Positions 40,683 to 50,129 of a DNA stretch of 64,000 nucleotides are shown here, piece after piece. A program made the position numbers and the translations under genes. Under the pieces are notes generated by a model that saw only the letters and a program-made list of their open reading frames with translations, was not told the origin of the DNA and made no database searches. Source of the DNA: Thermodesulfobacteriota bacterium (GTDB lineage Bacteria > Desulfobacterota_D > UBA1144 > Nemesobacterales > Mycalebacteriaceae); the NCBI GenBank assembly GCA_965226585.1, contig OZ245366.1, positions 544,001 to 608,000 of the forward strand, written 5' to 3'. The stretch's first letter is position 1; each line of letters starts with the position of its first letter.

Positions 40683-41112
40683 AAAACATAGAGAACTTAT
40701 TCTGACAGTATCTGCCTCACTTCAAAAGAGATATGTTGGAATTAAATTAGTTAATGATCTTCCCAAGTGTCCCGGTGAAGATATCCCTCCGCTAATCAGA
40801 GGTTTTAGACCTGATGTGTATGCATGTGATGAAGATACTGTGATTATTATAGCTGAAGCCAAAACGAATATAGACATAGACAATAGGCATACTCGAGATC
40901 AAGTGTCATCGTTTATAAGCCATTTAGAAAACGATAATAGACAAGGAACTTTCGTCCTTGCTGTAGCGGGTACGGGAGCCGACATTGCCAAAACTGTATT
41001 AAGATTTATTTGTAAAGAAATGAAGATAGCAAGTACGCAAATTCAGATTTTTGATACTTGTGACTACTGGAATTTTGACTTTGTTGGTGGGGTTAAATGG
41101 CATTTAATTTAA
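40669..41112 (+). CDS. Small PD-(D/E)xK-like putative nuclease
   Basis: GFRPDVYA...IIAEAKT..D; overlaps both neighbours. Confidence 0.6.
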   Translation: MSQSEKHRELILTVSASLQKRYVGIKLVNDLPKCPGEDIPPLIRGFRPDVYACDEDTVIIIAEAKTNIDIDNRHTRDQVSSFISHLENDNRQGTFVLAVAGTGADIAKTVLRFICKEMKIASTQIQIFDTCDYWNFDFVGGVKWHLI

Positions 41113-42590
41113 GGAGACCGCCTAGGCTTGCCCCTAAGTTGGAGACCTATCCCTATCAGCTAGATGCTGTTAGGGCAGTTCAATCACTTCCCTATGCGGC
41201 AATTTTTCATGAGCAGGGACTTGGAAAAACAAAAATTGCAATTGATTTGATCCTATCTTGGCTTGAAGGTGATGCGGTAGACACGGTATTTATTGTCACA
41301 AAGAAAATGTTGGTTCAAAATTGGGTCAACGAATTGAAAATTCACTCCTACATAACCCCATATGTACTATCGGAAAAAAAAGGGAAAAACAATCTTGCTC
41401 TCAATTCTCCAGTACTTGTATATGTGATGAATTATGAAGTTGTATCCGCCAATAAAGAACTGATTGACCTTTTCCTCAAGACTTGCCGCGTTGGAGTTGT
41501 GCTGGATGAAAGTCAGAAAATTAAGAACCCAAATGCACAATTAACTCAAGACTTTCTTTCTCTGTCTGACAGTTTTTCCCGTCGAGTAATTTTGACAGGA
41601 ACTCCAGTTGCTAATCGTCCCTATGATCTTTGGAGCCAAATCAAATTTCTTGATTCCGGAGATTCTCTCGGTGATTCATTTTCTGCATTCAAAAATTCAG
41701 TTGATATTCCGAATAGGCGTACAAGTCAGGAACAGTATGGGAAAACTCTTTTGTCCGTTATGGAGAAGATCAAAAGTTTCTCTGTTAGAGAAACCAAGAA
41801 AACTGCTGGACTGAGCTTACCATCCAAAACAATCGTTACCCATTTCGTTGATTTAGAATCTCGTCAAGCAGAGATATACTCATCTTACAAAGATGACCTT
41901 ACTTATGAATTTTCAAGAGAAGGCGAAATTGTTAAAGATGACGCAGATTATATTTTGAAACTTTTGTTGAGATTGGTTCAATGTGCCTCTAACCCAATTC
42001 TTGTTGATCAAAAGTACGACAAGTCACCCGGCAAATTTGTAGAATTAATAAGTCTATTGGAAGATATTGACATTCAAAGCACTAAAGTTATTTTGTGGAC
42101 TGGGTTTATAGAGAATGTAGAGTGGTTTAGCAACAAACTTAAAAGTTTGTCTCCAGCCAAAGTACACGGAAATCTTCCAATTGACAGGAGGAATAGAGAA
42201 ATAGAAAAGTTTAAATCCGATCATTCTTGTAGAATGCTTTTGGCTACTCCGGGAGCTGCCAAAGAGGGATTGACATTGACAGTAGCCAGTCACGCAGTAT
42301 TCTACGACCGAGGTTTTAGTCTTGATGATTATATTCAAGCTCAAGACCGTATTCATCGAATATCTCAGACCGAAGATTGCTTTGTCCACAATTTGATTGC
42401 AAAGCAAACGATTGATGAATGGGTGGATGTATTGCTCAATGCTAAACATCAAGCCGCACAGTTGACACAAGGTGACATTTCAATATCTGAATTTGAAGAA
42501 GAATTTTCTTTTGATATTTCAGATGTTTTAAGTCAAGTCCTTAACTTGAAACTCAACAAATCTGACGGTAATGGAGAAGGAAATGAATGA
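41097..42590 (+). CDS. SNF2-family helicase/ATPase (compact, no accessory domains)
   Basis: YPYQ, HEQGLGKT, LDESQKIKN, LTGTPVAN, EGLTL, QAQDRIHRISQ. Confidence 0.9.
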   Translation: MAFNLRRPPRLAPKLETYPYQLDAVRAVQSLPYAAIFHEQGLGKTKIAIDLILSWLEGDAVDTVFIVTKKMLVQNWVNELKIHSYITPYVLSEKKGKNNLALNSPVLVYVMNYEVVSANKELIDLFLKTCRVGVVLDESQKIKNPNAQLTQDFLSLSDSFSRRVILTGTPVANRPYDLWSQIKFLDSGDSLGDSFSAFKNSVDIPNRRTSQEQYGKTLLSVMEKIKSFSVRETKKTAGLSLPSKTIVTHFVDLESRQAEIYSSYKDDLTYEFSREGEIVKDDADYILKLLLRLVQCASNPILVDQKYDKSPGKFVELISLLEDIDIQSTKVILWTGFIENVEWFSNKLKSLSPAKVHGNLPIDRRNREIEKFKSDHSCRMLLATPGAAKEGLTLTVASHAVFYDRGFSLDDYIQAQDRIHRISQTEDCFVHNLIAKQTIDEWVDVLLNAKHQAAQLTQGDISISEFEEEFSFDISDVLSQVLNLKLNKSDGNGEGNE

Positions 42591-43629
42591 TAGAAAAATA
42601 ACTATCAAAATACTCAATAGTGAGGTAACTGTCTCGGATGATTATATGTCCATTGAAGACCTTTTGTATTTGAAAGACAACCCAAGGGTATTCTCTTGTG
42701 TTCATGAAGTCGACAACTTTGAAACTCTGTCGCCTATTGAACAGCAATCAATCATCCAGCAAAACCTTCTGAATGAAACGAGTGTAAAAAACTTGAGGCC
42801 TGATATTATATCGCATGGCGGATTGATAGAGCCTATTCTAATTAGATTGGATACAAAAGAAGTTATAGAAGGAAACTCAAGATTGGCAGTTTTCCGCGAC
42901 CTACATGCCAATCCTCATATTGAAGGGGAATGGGATTTAATTCCCTGTCACATAGTTGCCACTCTCTCTGATGAGCAGCAGGATGCTTATCTGAGCCAAA
43001 TTCACGTTAAGGGGAAGACTCCGTGGACTCCATACGGAAAATCTAATTTTGCTTATGTGAGAAGCCAAGAGGGAGTGCCCGTTAACAAGATAGCACAAAG
43101 GTTTGGCGTGACTACAACTGAAATTAAGACAAGGATAAAAACCGTAGATTTAATGAAAAGAAATGGAGACAACAAAAATCATCATTTTAGCTACTACGAT
43201 GTGCTTGTAAGAAACAGAGCAATTTCTGAAGCAATAGACGAGAACTCTGGCAGTATGGAATTGCGTTCATTCTTGCTGGAAGAGATAAAAAATATGGACT
43301 CTGACGATGAAAACCAGAATCCGTTTACAGCACAAGATATGAGAGATAAATTACCTCCGATACTGAAAAAACCAAAGATTTTAAAGAAATATATCAATGG
43401 TAACCAGACACTTGAAGATGCGTATCAATTTTCCCGTATTAGTGATTCCCAACAAAAACTCAGGCGGGCCAACGATTCGATTAGCGATATTGGTAAGAAG
43501 GAGTTAGAGCGTTTGGACCGTAGTGGTCTTAGTGCAGTCAAAATAGAAGTGAGGGATTTGAGTAAGGCAATAGAGAGAATAAAAAAGATTGTTCAAGAGA
43601 TAGAACAAGAATTTCAATCTAAACAGTAG
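42583..43629 (+). CDS. ParB/Sulfiredoxin-like N-terminal domain protein (copy B)
   Basis: YLKDNPRV, GGLIEPILI, IEGNSRLA, HVKGKTPW, then HTH-like VNKIAQRFGVTTTEIK. Confidence 0.75.
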   Translation: MNDRKITIKILNSEVTVSDDYMSIEDLLYLKDNPRVFSCVHEVDNFETLSPIEQQSIIQQNLLNETSVKNLRPDIISHGGLIEPILIRLDTKEVIEGNSRLAVFRDLHANPHIEGEWDLIPCHIVATLSDEQQDAYLSQIHVKGKTPWTPYGKSNFAYVRSQEGVPVNKIAQRFGVTTTEIKTRIKTVDLMKRNGDNKNHHFSYYDVLVRNRAISEAIDENSGSMELRSFLLEEIKNMDSDDENQNPFTAQDMRDKLPPILKKPKILKKYINGNQTLEDAYQFSRISDSQQKLRRANDSISDIGKKELERLDRSGLSAVKIEVRDLSKAIERIKKIVQEIEQEFQSKQ

Positions 43630-43685
43630 TGTTCTATTGACAATCAAGACTGATCGGTTTTGATCAATCTCAGAGGGGGAAGCCT

Positions 43686-43880
43686 TTGGGAAAAAAGCAA
43701 ATCAAATGCTTAAAATGCGGCGGGGAAGAGTTTATGACTCTGCCTGACAGTTATTCAATCTATAGAGCGGTAGGAGACAAACTCGGTTTTATTAGAACGG
43801 AACTTACCAATGATGACGATACTCTTTACTGTCGGGATTGTAGCGCGGAACTTGATACGGAAGGCGTTGAGTTTATATAA
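43686..43880 (+). CDS. Small Zn-ribbon protein
   Basis: 64 aa; CLKC...CRDC; SD-like GAGGGGG before TTG. Confidence 0.6.
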   Translation: MGKKQIKCLKCGGEEFMTLPDSYSIYRAVGDKLGFIRTELTNDDDTLYCRDCSAELDTEGVEFI

Positions 43881-43889
43881 AGAGTACCC

Positions 43890-44360
43890 TCACCCCGTCA
43901 ACCTCATATCAAACTCAAAAGCCAGCGGTTTTGCTTTCTTCACAACCCGCTCAAACCCTTTGTGCTGTGGGTTCAGGATGTAAATCCACTCTCTTGGCAC
44001 AACTGCGCTTGGAACCGCAAGGGCAAGAGATTTGCCGCTTTCAATCCATCTGTTTCCTGCGTCTTTTGTTTCTTGTAAGGGCTTGGGATCCCGCCAGTTT
44101 GCGGGAAGCTTTTTCATTTCAATGTAAATCACATCGCTTTCCTTTAGCCGTAACTCAAACAGGTGGAACGGGCTTTCTGTTGCCTCTCCCTCGGTATTGA
44201 CCAGAACCTCAAGAATTGCCAGCGATTCAGACCCCGCCGTGTAAACACATGCTTCCCCCTTGCTGTTCCATCTTCCGCCGCGCTGACTGGCTCCCTCTCC
44301 GCTAAAGGCGCGAGTCGCGTATTTGTTTGCCACAAGACGATAAACACTTACTGTTCTCAA
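43890..44360 (-). CDS. RES-domain toxin
   Basis: YRL...FSGEGA..RGGRWNS, ALAVPS, ILNPQH; TTG start overlapping the antitoxin stop (TTGA). Confidence 0.9.
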   Translation of the reverse strand: MRTVSVYRLVANKYATRAFSGEGASQRGGRWNSKGEACVYTAGSESLAILEVLVNTEGEATESPFHLFELRLKESDVIYIEMKKLPANWRDPKPLQETKDAGNRWIESGKSLALAVPSAVVPREWIYILNPQHKGFERVVKKAKPLAFEFDMRLTG

Positions 44361-44779
44361 ACAATTACGCCCCATTCAATGCATTCAAGCAGACCTATGA
44401 CCTCATCGGCTTCCGCAGATGTTCCGAGCATATCAATGGGCTTGCGGTAATCTAGACCCCGGACGGGGCGGGTCATCCAGCGCATCGCCACCTCCCTGTC
44501 TCCGCCGTAAAACTCAGTTGTTACATCCAACACTTTGACAAACCTGTGCAAACGGTCGCTTTCACTCTTGTTGAACTTTTTCGCTCTGGCTCTGCGGCTG
44601 AGAGTTGCCGGAGATATAGACACTATCGCGGCAATCTCTTTCTTGCTTAAACCCGAAACTTCGGAAAGTTTGTTGTAGACCTTGTAGGGAAACCCCTCAT
44701 CCAGAGCCTCGTGAAGCTCCGCGCCCTGCCTCGGAACCCCCGTTTCATACCAGATGTCTTTTTTCTTTTTTGCCGCCAT
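44357..44779 (-). CDS. Xre/MbcA/ParS-family antitoxin (DUF2384)
   Basis: HTH (ISPATLSRR), ESDRL, WMTRPVRGLDYRKPIDML. Confidence 0.9.
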   Translation of the reverse strand: MAAKKKKDIWYETGVPRQGAELHEALDEGFPYKVYNKLSEVSGLSKKEIAAIVSISPATLSRRARAKKFNKSESDRLHRFVKVLDVTTEFYGGDREVAMRWMTRPVRGLDYRKPIDMLGTSAEADEVIGLLECIEWGVIV

Positions 44780-44789
44780 TTTACGCCAC

Positions 44790-44824
44790 TATCATTTGAT
44801 ATACTCTTACTATATCAAATGATA
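44790..44824. promoter_or_regulatory. Perfect 14-bp inverted repeat, likely Xre-RES autoregulatory operator
   Basis: tatcatttgatata-ctcttac-tatatcaaatgata, 10 nt upstream of the antitoxin ATG. Confidence 0.75.
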
Positions 44825-44844
44825 CCCCCGGCGCAAAACCACGC

Positions 44845-45753
44845 TCACAAAAGTTTTATCAAATCGTTTATCTCTTTCTCTTTCATCACAACATCCACAA
44901 TCAGCGCGGTCATTATCAGAAGCATGTAGATGATTGAAGCGGCAAATGCGGCTTCGTAGTCTTTTCCTTTTACGGCGCACCTGACCACCATGAAGTTGAA
45001 ATACACCCCCAGCGCAAACGCGGCGGCTGCGAAATAGACCGATGTGATGCCCATAAGAGACATTATCAATGTTAAAGGAATCAACGAAATTGAGTAGAGA
45101 ACTATCAGAATGTTTGTGTATTTCTCGCCAAAAGCGACCGGCAGGACGGTAATGCCCGCTTTTTCATACTCGTGGCTGTATTTCTGCGCAAGCGCCCAGA
45201 AATGCGGCGGCTGCCACAACATCATGAAGGCAAATAAAACAAACCCGTCCATGCCAATCTCAGGGCGCACCGCCGCGTAGCCGATTAAAACCGGAAGCGC
45301 GCCCGGAATGCCGCCCAGTATCGTGCCGAACGGAGAACGCCTTTTAAGAAAAATAGTGTACAAAACCGTGTAACTCACCGCCGCAAGCACAATCAACAAA
45401 GCATTGTAAAGATTTAGCCAGACCGCAGACACCGCCACAGAACCGGCAATCATAACGGACGCCACAACAACGGCGTTGCGCTCTCCAAGCCGCTCAAGCG
45501 CGCCCCGCCTCGCCGTGAGACGGTCCATCATCTTGTCGGCCTTTCTGTCCAGATAATTGTTCAGAATCGCGGAACCCGCCGCGCTCGCAAGAAGCGTCAG
45601 ACAGCCAAGCACAGCGACAGACAAACCCGGAACCGCCTTGCCCGCTATCACCATTCCGGCAAATCCCGTGAAAACAACGCTCAAAATGATTCCCGGCTTT
45701 GAGAGAATCACGGTTGAAACAATCACTTCACTGACGGCTTTTCCGCTGTTCAT
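44845..45753 (-). CDS. ctaB: Protoheme IX farnesyltransferase (heme O synthase)
   Basis: NNYLDRKADKMMDR, LKRR, GALPVLIG, WQPPHFWAL. Confidence 0.95.
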   Translation of the reverse strand: MNSGKAVSEVIVSTVILSKPGIILSVVFTGFAGMVIAGKAVPGLSVAVLGCLTLLASAAGSAILNNYLDRKADKMMDRLTARRGALERLGERNAVVVASVMIAGSVAVSAVWLNLYNALLIVLAAVSYTVLYTIFLKRRSPFGTILGGIPGALPVLIGYAAVRPEIGMDGFVLFAFMMLWQPPHFWALAQKYSHEYEKAGITVLPVAFGEKYTNILIVLYSISLIPLTLIMSLMGITSVYFAAAAFALGVYFNFMVVRCAVKGKDYEAAFAASIIYMLLIMTALIVDVVMKEKEINDLIKLL

Positions 45754-46604
45754 CGCACGGCAACCGGCTCTGAGCCTGAGTTAAACCACCTTAAAAGACT
45801 GTAAGAAAGAATGTGCAGAGCGACAAGCAGATGGAGCGCGGTCGCCGCAAACTGAAGCCCGGAATGAATCATCCCGACACCGATAATAATCTGAACCAGA
45901 ACCGAAGCGAGAATCACATAAGCCGCCTTCCTCTCCGCCCGCCCCGCGCTTGTGTGTGAGAAAACCGCCATTCCAACCGCGAACAGAACAATCACATATC
46001 CCAGAATTCTGTGCGAAAAATGATAGAGAACCGTGCCCGAAAGCTCATCGGGAACCCACACGCCGAGGCATTTCGGAAAATCCTCCCCGCACGCGAGACC
46101 CGCGTGGGAATGGCGCACAAACGCCCCCGCAACCGCCTGAATGAAAACAACGGACGCGAACATAAACCACATCCCGCCCGCGCCCGAAGTCCGCAAGCCC
46201 CCGCCCGCGCCGTCAAACCGGCTCATGTAAAGCGTCAAACAAAATATCAAAATTCCGTTGGCAAAATGAACGGTCGTCAAATCGGTCGGTATCTTCATCA
46301 GAACCACCGCGCCGCCCAGAATTATCTGCGCGACAAGCAGAGTTACCGTGAGAACGGGAACGGCTTTTGCCGGTCCCGCATAAACCTTTATCCGCCTCAC
46401 AGACAGCCAGATTACAAGCACAGACACAAAAGCGCCGATAACACGGTGGAGAAACTCAGCGTATATGTCCCACCGGAGAGGGGGAATAACCTTGCCGTGA
46501 CACAGGGGCCAGTCCGGGCACGCAAGACCCACCTTCAAGCCCGCGACCACATTTCCCCAGACCAGAAGAACCACCAGGGAGACAACAGCCAGTCTGGCAA
46601 GCAT
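45750..46604 (-). CDS. ctaA: Heme A synthase
   Basis: GLACPDWPLCHG, EFLHR, second repeat GLACGEDFPKC...HR. Confidence 0.92.
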   Translation of the reverse strand: MLARLAVVSLVVLLVWGNVVAGLKVGLACPDWPLCHGKVIPPLRWDIYAEFLHRVIGAFVSVLVIWLSVRRIKVYAGPAKAVPVLTVTLLVAQIILGGAVVLMKIPTDLTTVHFANGILIFCLTLYMSRFDGAGGGLRTSGAGGMWFMFASVVFIQAVAGAFVRHSHAGLACGEDFPKCLGVWVPDELSGTVLYHFSHRILGYVIVLFAVGMAVFSHTSAGRAERKAAYVILASVLVQIIIGVGMIHSGLQFAATALHLLVALHILSYSLLRWFNSGSEPVAVR

Positions 46605-46921
46605 CAGTCCACCGCCGGAATGCGCGAAAAGGTTTCCATAATCGTGAAACCTACGAGCAGGAGAAGAAGCACAAGCGGATATATGGCGTATATCCAGGTC
46701 AGTTTGTCTTCAAACTTCAGGTGCATAAAGTAGAGCGCGACTATCGTTGCCTTTACGGATGCGATGAACATTGCCAGCGCGATGTTGAAATAGCCTCCGA
46801 AGTCTTTTTGCGCGCTCCAGACCGTGAGCACGGTCAACCCCATCAACGCCAGCCATACAAAAACATACTGTCTGGCTCCGTGAGAGTGTTCTTCGTGATT
46901 TGCATTGCTTTGAGACGACAT
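46604..46921 (-). CDS. Cytochrome c oxidase subunit IV
   Basis: 3 TM; IASVKATIVALYFMHLK. Confidence 0.9.
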   Translation of the reverse strand: MSSQSNANHEEHSHGARQYVFVWLALMGLTVLTVWSAQKDFGGYFNIALAMFIASVKATIVALYFMHLKFEDKLTWIYAIYPLVLLLLLVGFTIMETFSRIPAVD

Positions 46922-46932
46922 TGTTCCTCCGG

Positions 46933-47535
46933 TCATCCTATCAGATACAGTAGCGGGAAAAGATATATCCATATCAAATCAACAAGGTGCCAGTAAAGCC
47001 CCACAAGCTCAACGGGCGTGTTGTATTCGGCTGAGAAAGCGTTTCTCTGCGTGAGAACAAATATGCCGCCCAGAAGCAGAATTCCCACAAAAACGTGAAT
47101 CATGTGAAGCCCGGTCATCATAAAATACAGGGCGAAAAACAGGTTTGTGGACGGGTAGATGTGGTGGCTGAACTTCGCGCCGTATTCAAAATACTTGTTC
47201 ACGCCGAACACAAAGGCGCAGAAAATTGTTATTCCGAGAAAGATAAGAACCTTCTTTTTGTCTCCCTGTTTTGCCGCCGCAACCGCAAGAGCCATCGTTA
47301 AACTGCTGAAAATAAGAACCACCGTGTTGAGGGCTCCGAGGGTTACGTTCAACTCCTCACTGCTTTCATGAAAAAGGACGGGAAACTTGGCGCGGAAAAG
47401 CGCGTACGCCGCGAAAAGACCGCCGAAAAGCAGTACCTCAGTTCCGAGAAACAGCCACATTCCAAGTTTGGAAGACTGATATTCGGTAGCCGGGTCAAGC
47501 TTGTGGCTTTCGTGCTGGTGAGACTCAGATGACAT
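46933..47535 (-). CDS. ctaE: Cytochrome c oxidase subunit III
   Basis: GMWLFLGTE, TGLHMIHV, YWHLVDLIW. Confidence 0.94.
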   Translation of the reverse strand: MSSESHQHESHKLDPATEYQSSKLGMWLFLGTEVLLFGGLFAAYALFRAKFPVLFHESSEELNVTLGALNTVVLIFSSLTMALAVAAAKQGDKKKVLIFLGITIFCAFVFGVNKYFEYGAKFSHHIYPSTNLFFALYFMMTGLHMIHVFVGILLLGGIFVLTQRNAFSAEYNTPVELVGLYWHLVDLIWIYLFPLLYLIG

Positions 47536-49143
47536 CTATCGCTTATCTCCGTATCCGTAGGTCCAGTCCGTAAAAGTTGGCACTTTGTCAAAGTTCTCAT
47601 GCGGCGGCGGCGATTCCGTGTCCCATTCGGGAGACAGAGAGCCGTAGGGATTTCTTTCCGCCTTCTTTCCCCAGAATATGCCGGCGACAAGGTTTGCTAA
47701 CATCAAAAACATTCCCAGCCCCAATATCCAGGAGCCGTAGGTTGAAACCAGATGCGCCGTGGTGAACTCGTCCGGGTAGCTCGCGTATCTGCGGGGCATT
47801 CCCTGCGCGCCCATTATGTGCTGGATGAAAAACGTTACGTTGAAACCGACAAAGATAAGGAACCATGAGATTTTCGCGGTTACCTCGTTGAAGTCTCTGC
47901 CGAACATCTTGGGAAACCAGAAGTGAAGAGCGCCAAAAAACGCCATCACCGTTCCGCCGAACATAACGTAGTGCATGTGGGCGACAACAAAGTAGGTGTC
48001 GTGCAGGTGAACATCCGCCGCGAGAGCGCCGAGAAACACGCCCGTCAGCCCGCCGACTGTGAAGAGGAATATAAACGAAAGGGCGTAGAGCATTGGCGAA
48101 GCAAGCAGGATGGAGCCCTTGTAGAGCGTGGCTATCCAGTTGAAAACCTTTATCGCGGTCGGTATCGCCACAAGCATTGTTATGAATGAAAACACCTGAG
48201 CCGCGAGAACCGATATTCCGCTTACAAACATGTGGTGCATCCACACGAGGAAACTGATTATCGCTATCCCGAAACTGGAAAACGCTATCGCCTTGTAGCC
48301 GAATATCGGCTTCCTTGAAAACACCGGAATTATTTCCGATATGACTCCCATTCCCGGAATTATCATAATGTAGACCGCCGGGTGAGAGTAGAACCAGAAA
48401 AGGTTTTGCAGAAGTATCGGGTCGCCCCCTTTGGCGGGGTCGAAGAAACCTATGTCAAGCGCTCTCTCCGCTATCAGAAGCAGAAGCGTTATTCCCACAA
48501 CGGGGGTGGCAAGCAACTGAAGAACGGCGGTGGCGTATGAAGCCCAGATAAAAAGCGGCAAACGCCCCCAGTTCATTCCGGGAGCCCTCAGTTTGTGTAT
48601 CGTTACGATGAAGTTCAGCCCCGTGAGAATTGACGAAAAACCCAGAACGAAAATGCCCGAAGTTATCAGTATGACGTTTGTGCCCGATGTAACGCTGTAC
48701 GGGGCGTAGAAAGTCCATCCCGTGTCAACCGTGTTTCCAACAAGGGCGTAGAGAAGAACGGCGGCTCCGGCAAGGTATATCCAGAAACTCGCTATATTCA
48801 GTTTCGGAAACGCCACATCTCTCGCCCCTATCATGAGCGGAATGAGAAAGTTTCCGAAAGACGCCGCGAGACCCGGAACGATGAAGAAAAACACCATTAT
48901 AGAGCCGTGAAGCGTGAACAAAACATTGTAGGTGTGCGGCGAGAAAACATCGCTTTCCGGAGTGGCGAGTTCGTAGCGCATCATAAGGGCGGTTACTCCG
49001 GCGAAGATGAAGAAAAGCGTAAGCGCGCCCAGATACATCAGCCCGATGCGTTTGTGGTCGGTTGACGTCAGCCAGCTCCATATGCCCGTTCCCCCGTATT
49101 CAAAATACGGCACGGTTGCGGTGGTGTTGTTAGTGTCAGACAT
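47536..49143 (-). CDS. ctaD: Cytochrome c oxidase subunit I (A2-type)
   Basis: [35 protein letters not shown]. Confidence 0.97.
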   Translation of the reverse strand: MSDTNNTTATVPYFEYGGTGIWSWLTSTDHKRIGLMYLGALTLFFIFAGVTALMMRYELATPESDVFSPHTYNVLFTLHGSIMVFFFIVPGLAASFGNFLIPLMIGARDVAFPKLNIASFWIYLAGAAVLLYALVGNTVDTGWTFYAPYSVTSGTNVILITSGIFVLGFSSILTGLNFIVTIHKLRAPGMNWGRLPLFIWASYATAVLQLLATPVVGITLLLLIAERALDIGFFDPAKGGDPILLQNLFWFYSHPAVYIMIIPGMGVISEIIPVFSRKPIFGYKAIAFSSFGIAIISFLVWMHHMFVSGISVLAAQVFSFITMLVAIPTAIKVFNWIATLYKGSILLASPMLYALSFIFLFTVGGLTGVFLGALAADVHLHDTYFVVAHMHYVMFGGTVMAFFGALHFWFPKMFGRDFNEVTAKISWFLIFVGFNVTFFIQHIMGAQGMPRRYASYPDEFTTAHLVSTYGSWILGLGMFLMLANLVAGIFWGKKAERNPYGSLSPEWDTESPPPHENFDKVPTFTDWTYGYGDKR

Positions 49144-49175
49144 TGTTTCTATTCCTTTTACTCCTGATTGTGCGT

Positions 49176-50120
49176 TTACTTGAGAGTCTTGACATACTCT
49201 ATTATATCTGAGACCTCACCCTCTGAGAGTATGCCCTTGAACGAAGGCATCACCGGCTGATAACCGGCAACCATTTTTGCCTGCGGCTCGTAGATTGATT
49301 CAATCAGATAGTTCTCGTCCGCGCGTACTTCGCCGCCCCCGACAAGCACTTCCTGCCTGCCGAAAAGACCTTTGAAGGTTGGGGCTATGCCGTCGCTTCC
49401 GTCTATGCTGTGACACGCATTGCAACCTCTGTTGGCGTAAAGTTTCTCGCCCCGTTTGTGAGACGGAAGCGATGAAAGCGCGCCCCCCGCCTCTTCCACG
49501 CCGGCTTTGCCTTCCCAGCGGGCAAACGCTTCGGGGCTCATAACGTTCACGCGCCCGAGCATCTGCGAGTGCCCCGCGCCGCAGTATTCCGAGCAGAATA
49601 TGATGAATGTTCCCACCTTTGTGGGCGTGAACCACAACTGGGAAAACCTTCCCGGAAGAATGTCCTGTTTAACCCTGAAAGCCGGTATGAACAAACTGTG
49701 CAGGACATCATCCGCCCTCATCAGAAGTTTCACCGGAAGATTTTGCTGAACGTAGAGTTCGTTCACGGTCTTTCTGCCGTCTCCGTATTCAAACTGCCAA
49801 AGCCATTGCTTGCCCACAACCTTAACCTCAACCGCTTCCTGCGGGGGCGTTCTGAGTTCGTTGAAAACAACAAGTCCGTGAATGAATATCGCTATCAGAA
49901 TGAAAGACGGAATGACCGTCCAGATTATCTCAAGCGTCTCGTTTCCGGTGATGCCGGGAGTTCGGTCGTTGTCTGTTTTTCTCCTGTATTTCACGGCGAA
50001 CACAACGAGCGCCGTTGAAATCAGTATGAAAAATATGAATGAAATAACGGTTACCGCAACAAGAACATTGTCCACTTTCGGGGCAATTTCAGAAGCGACT
50101 TCCGGGAGCCAACTGTTCAT
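49176..50120 (-). CDS. ctaC: Cytochrome c oxidase subunit II with fused cytochrome c (caa3-type)
   Basis: [17 protein letters not shown] (CuA site), CNACH heme-c motif. Confidence 0.96.
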   Translation of the reverse strand: MNSWLPEVASEIAPKVDNVLVAVTVISFIFFILISTALVVFAVKYRRKTDNDRTPGITGNETLEIIWTVIPSFILIAIFIHGLVVFNELRTPPQEAVEVKVVGKQWLWQFEYGDGRKTVNELYVQQNLPVKLLMRADDVLHSLFIPAFRVKQDILPGRFSQLWFTPTKVGTFIIFCSEYCGAGHSQMLGRVNVMSPEAFARWEGKAGVEEAGGALSSLPSHKRGEKLYANRGCNACHSIDGSDGIAPTFKGLFGRQEVLVGGGEVRADENYLIESIYEPQAKMVAGYQPVMPSFKGILSEGEVSDIIEYVKTLK

Positions 50121-50129
50121 TTTAAAGAG

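Larger units (their letters stand above)
38033..44844. mobile_element. Accessory (putative defence) island between purE and ctaB; no integrase seen
   Basis: Abrupt shift to AT-rich sequence right after the purE stop, lasting to ~43.9 kb; non-housekeeping content; TA pair at the right edge. Confidence 0.6.

Noticed and set aside
39645..43629. Chromosome/plasmid partition (parAB) or prophage interpretation of the ParB-like and SNF2 genes
   Set aside because: No ParA, replication initiator, integrase or virion genes; the motifs differ from canonical Spo0J-type ParB.
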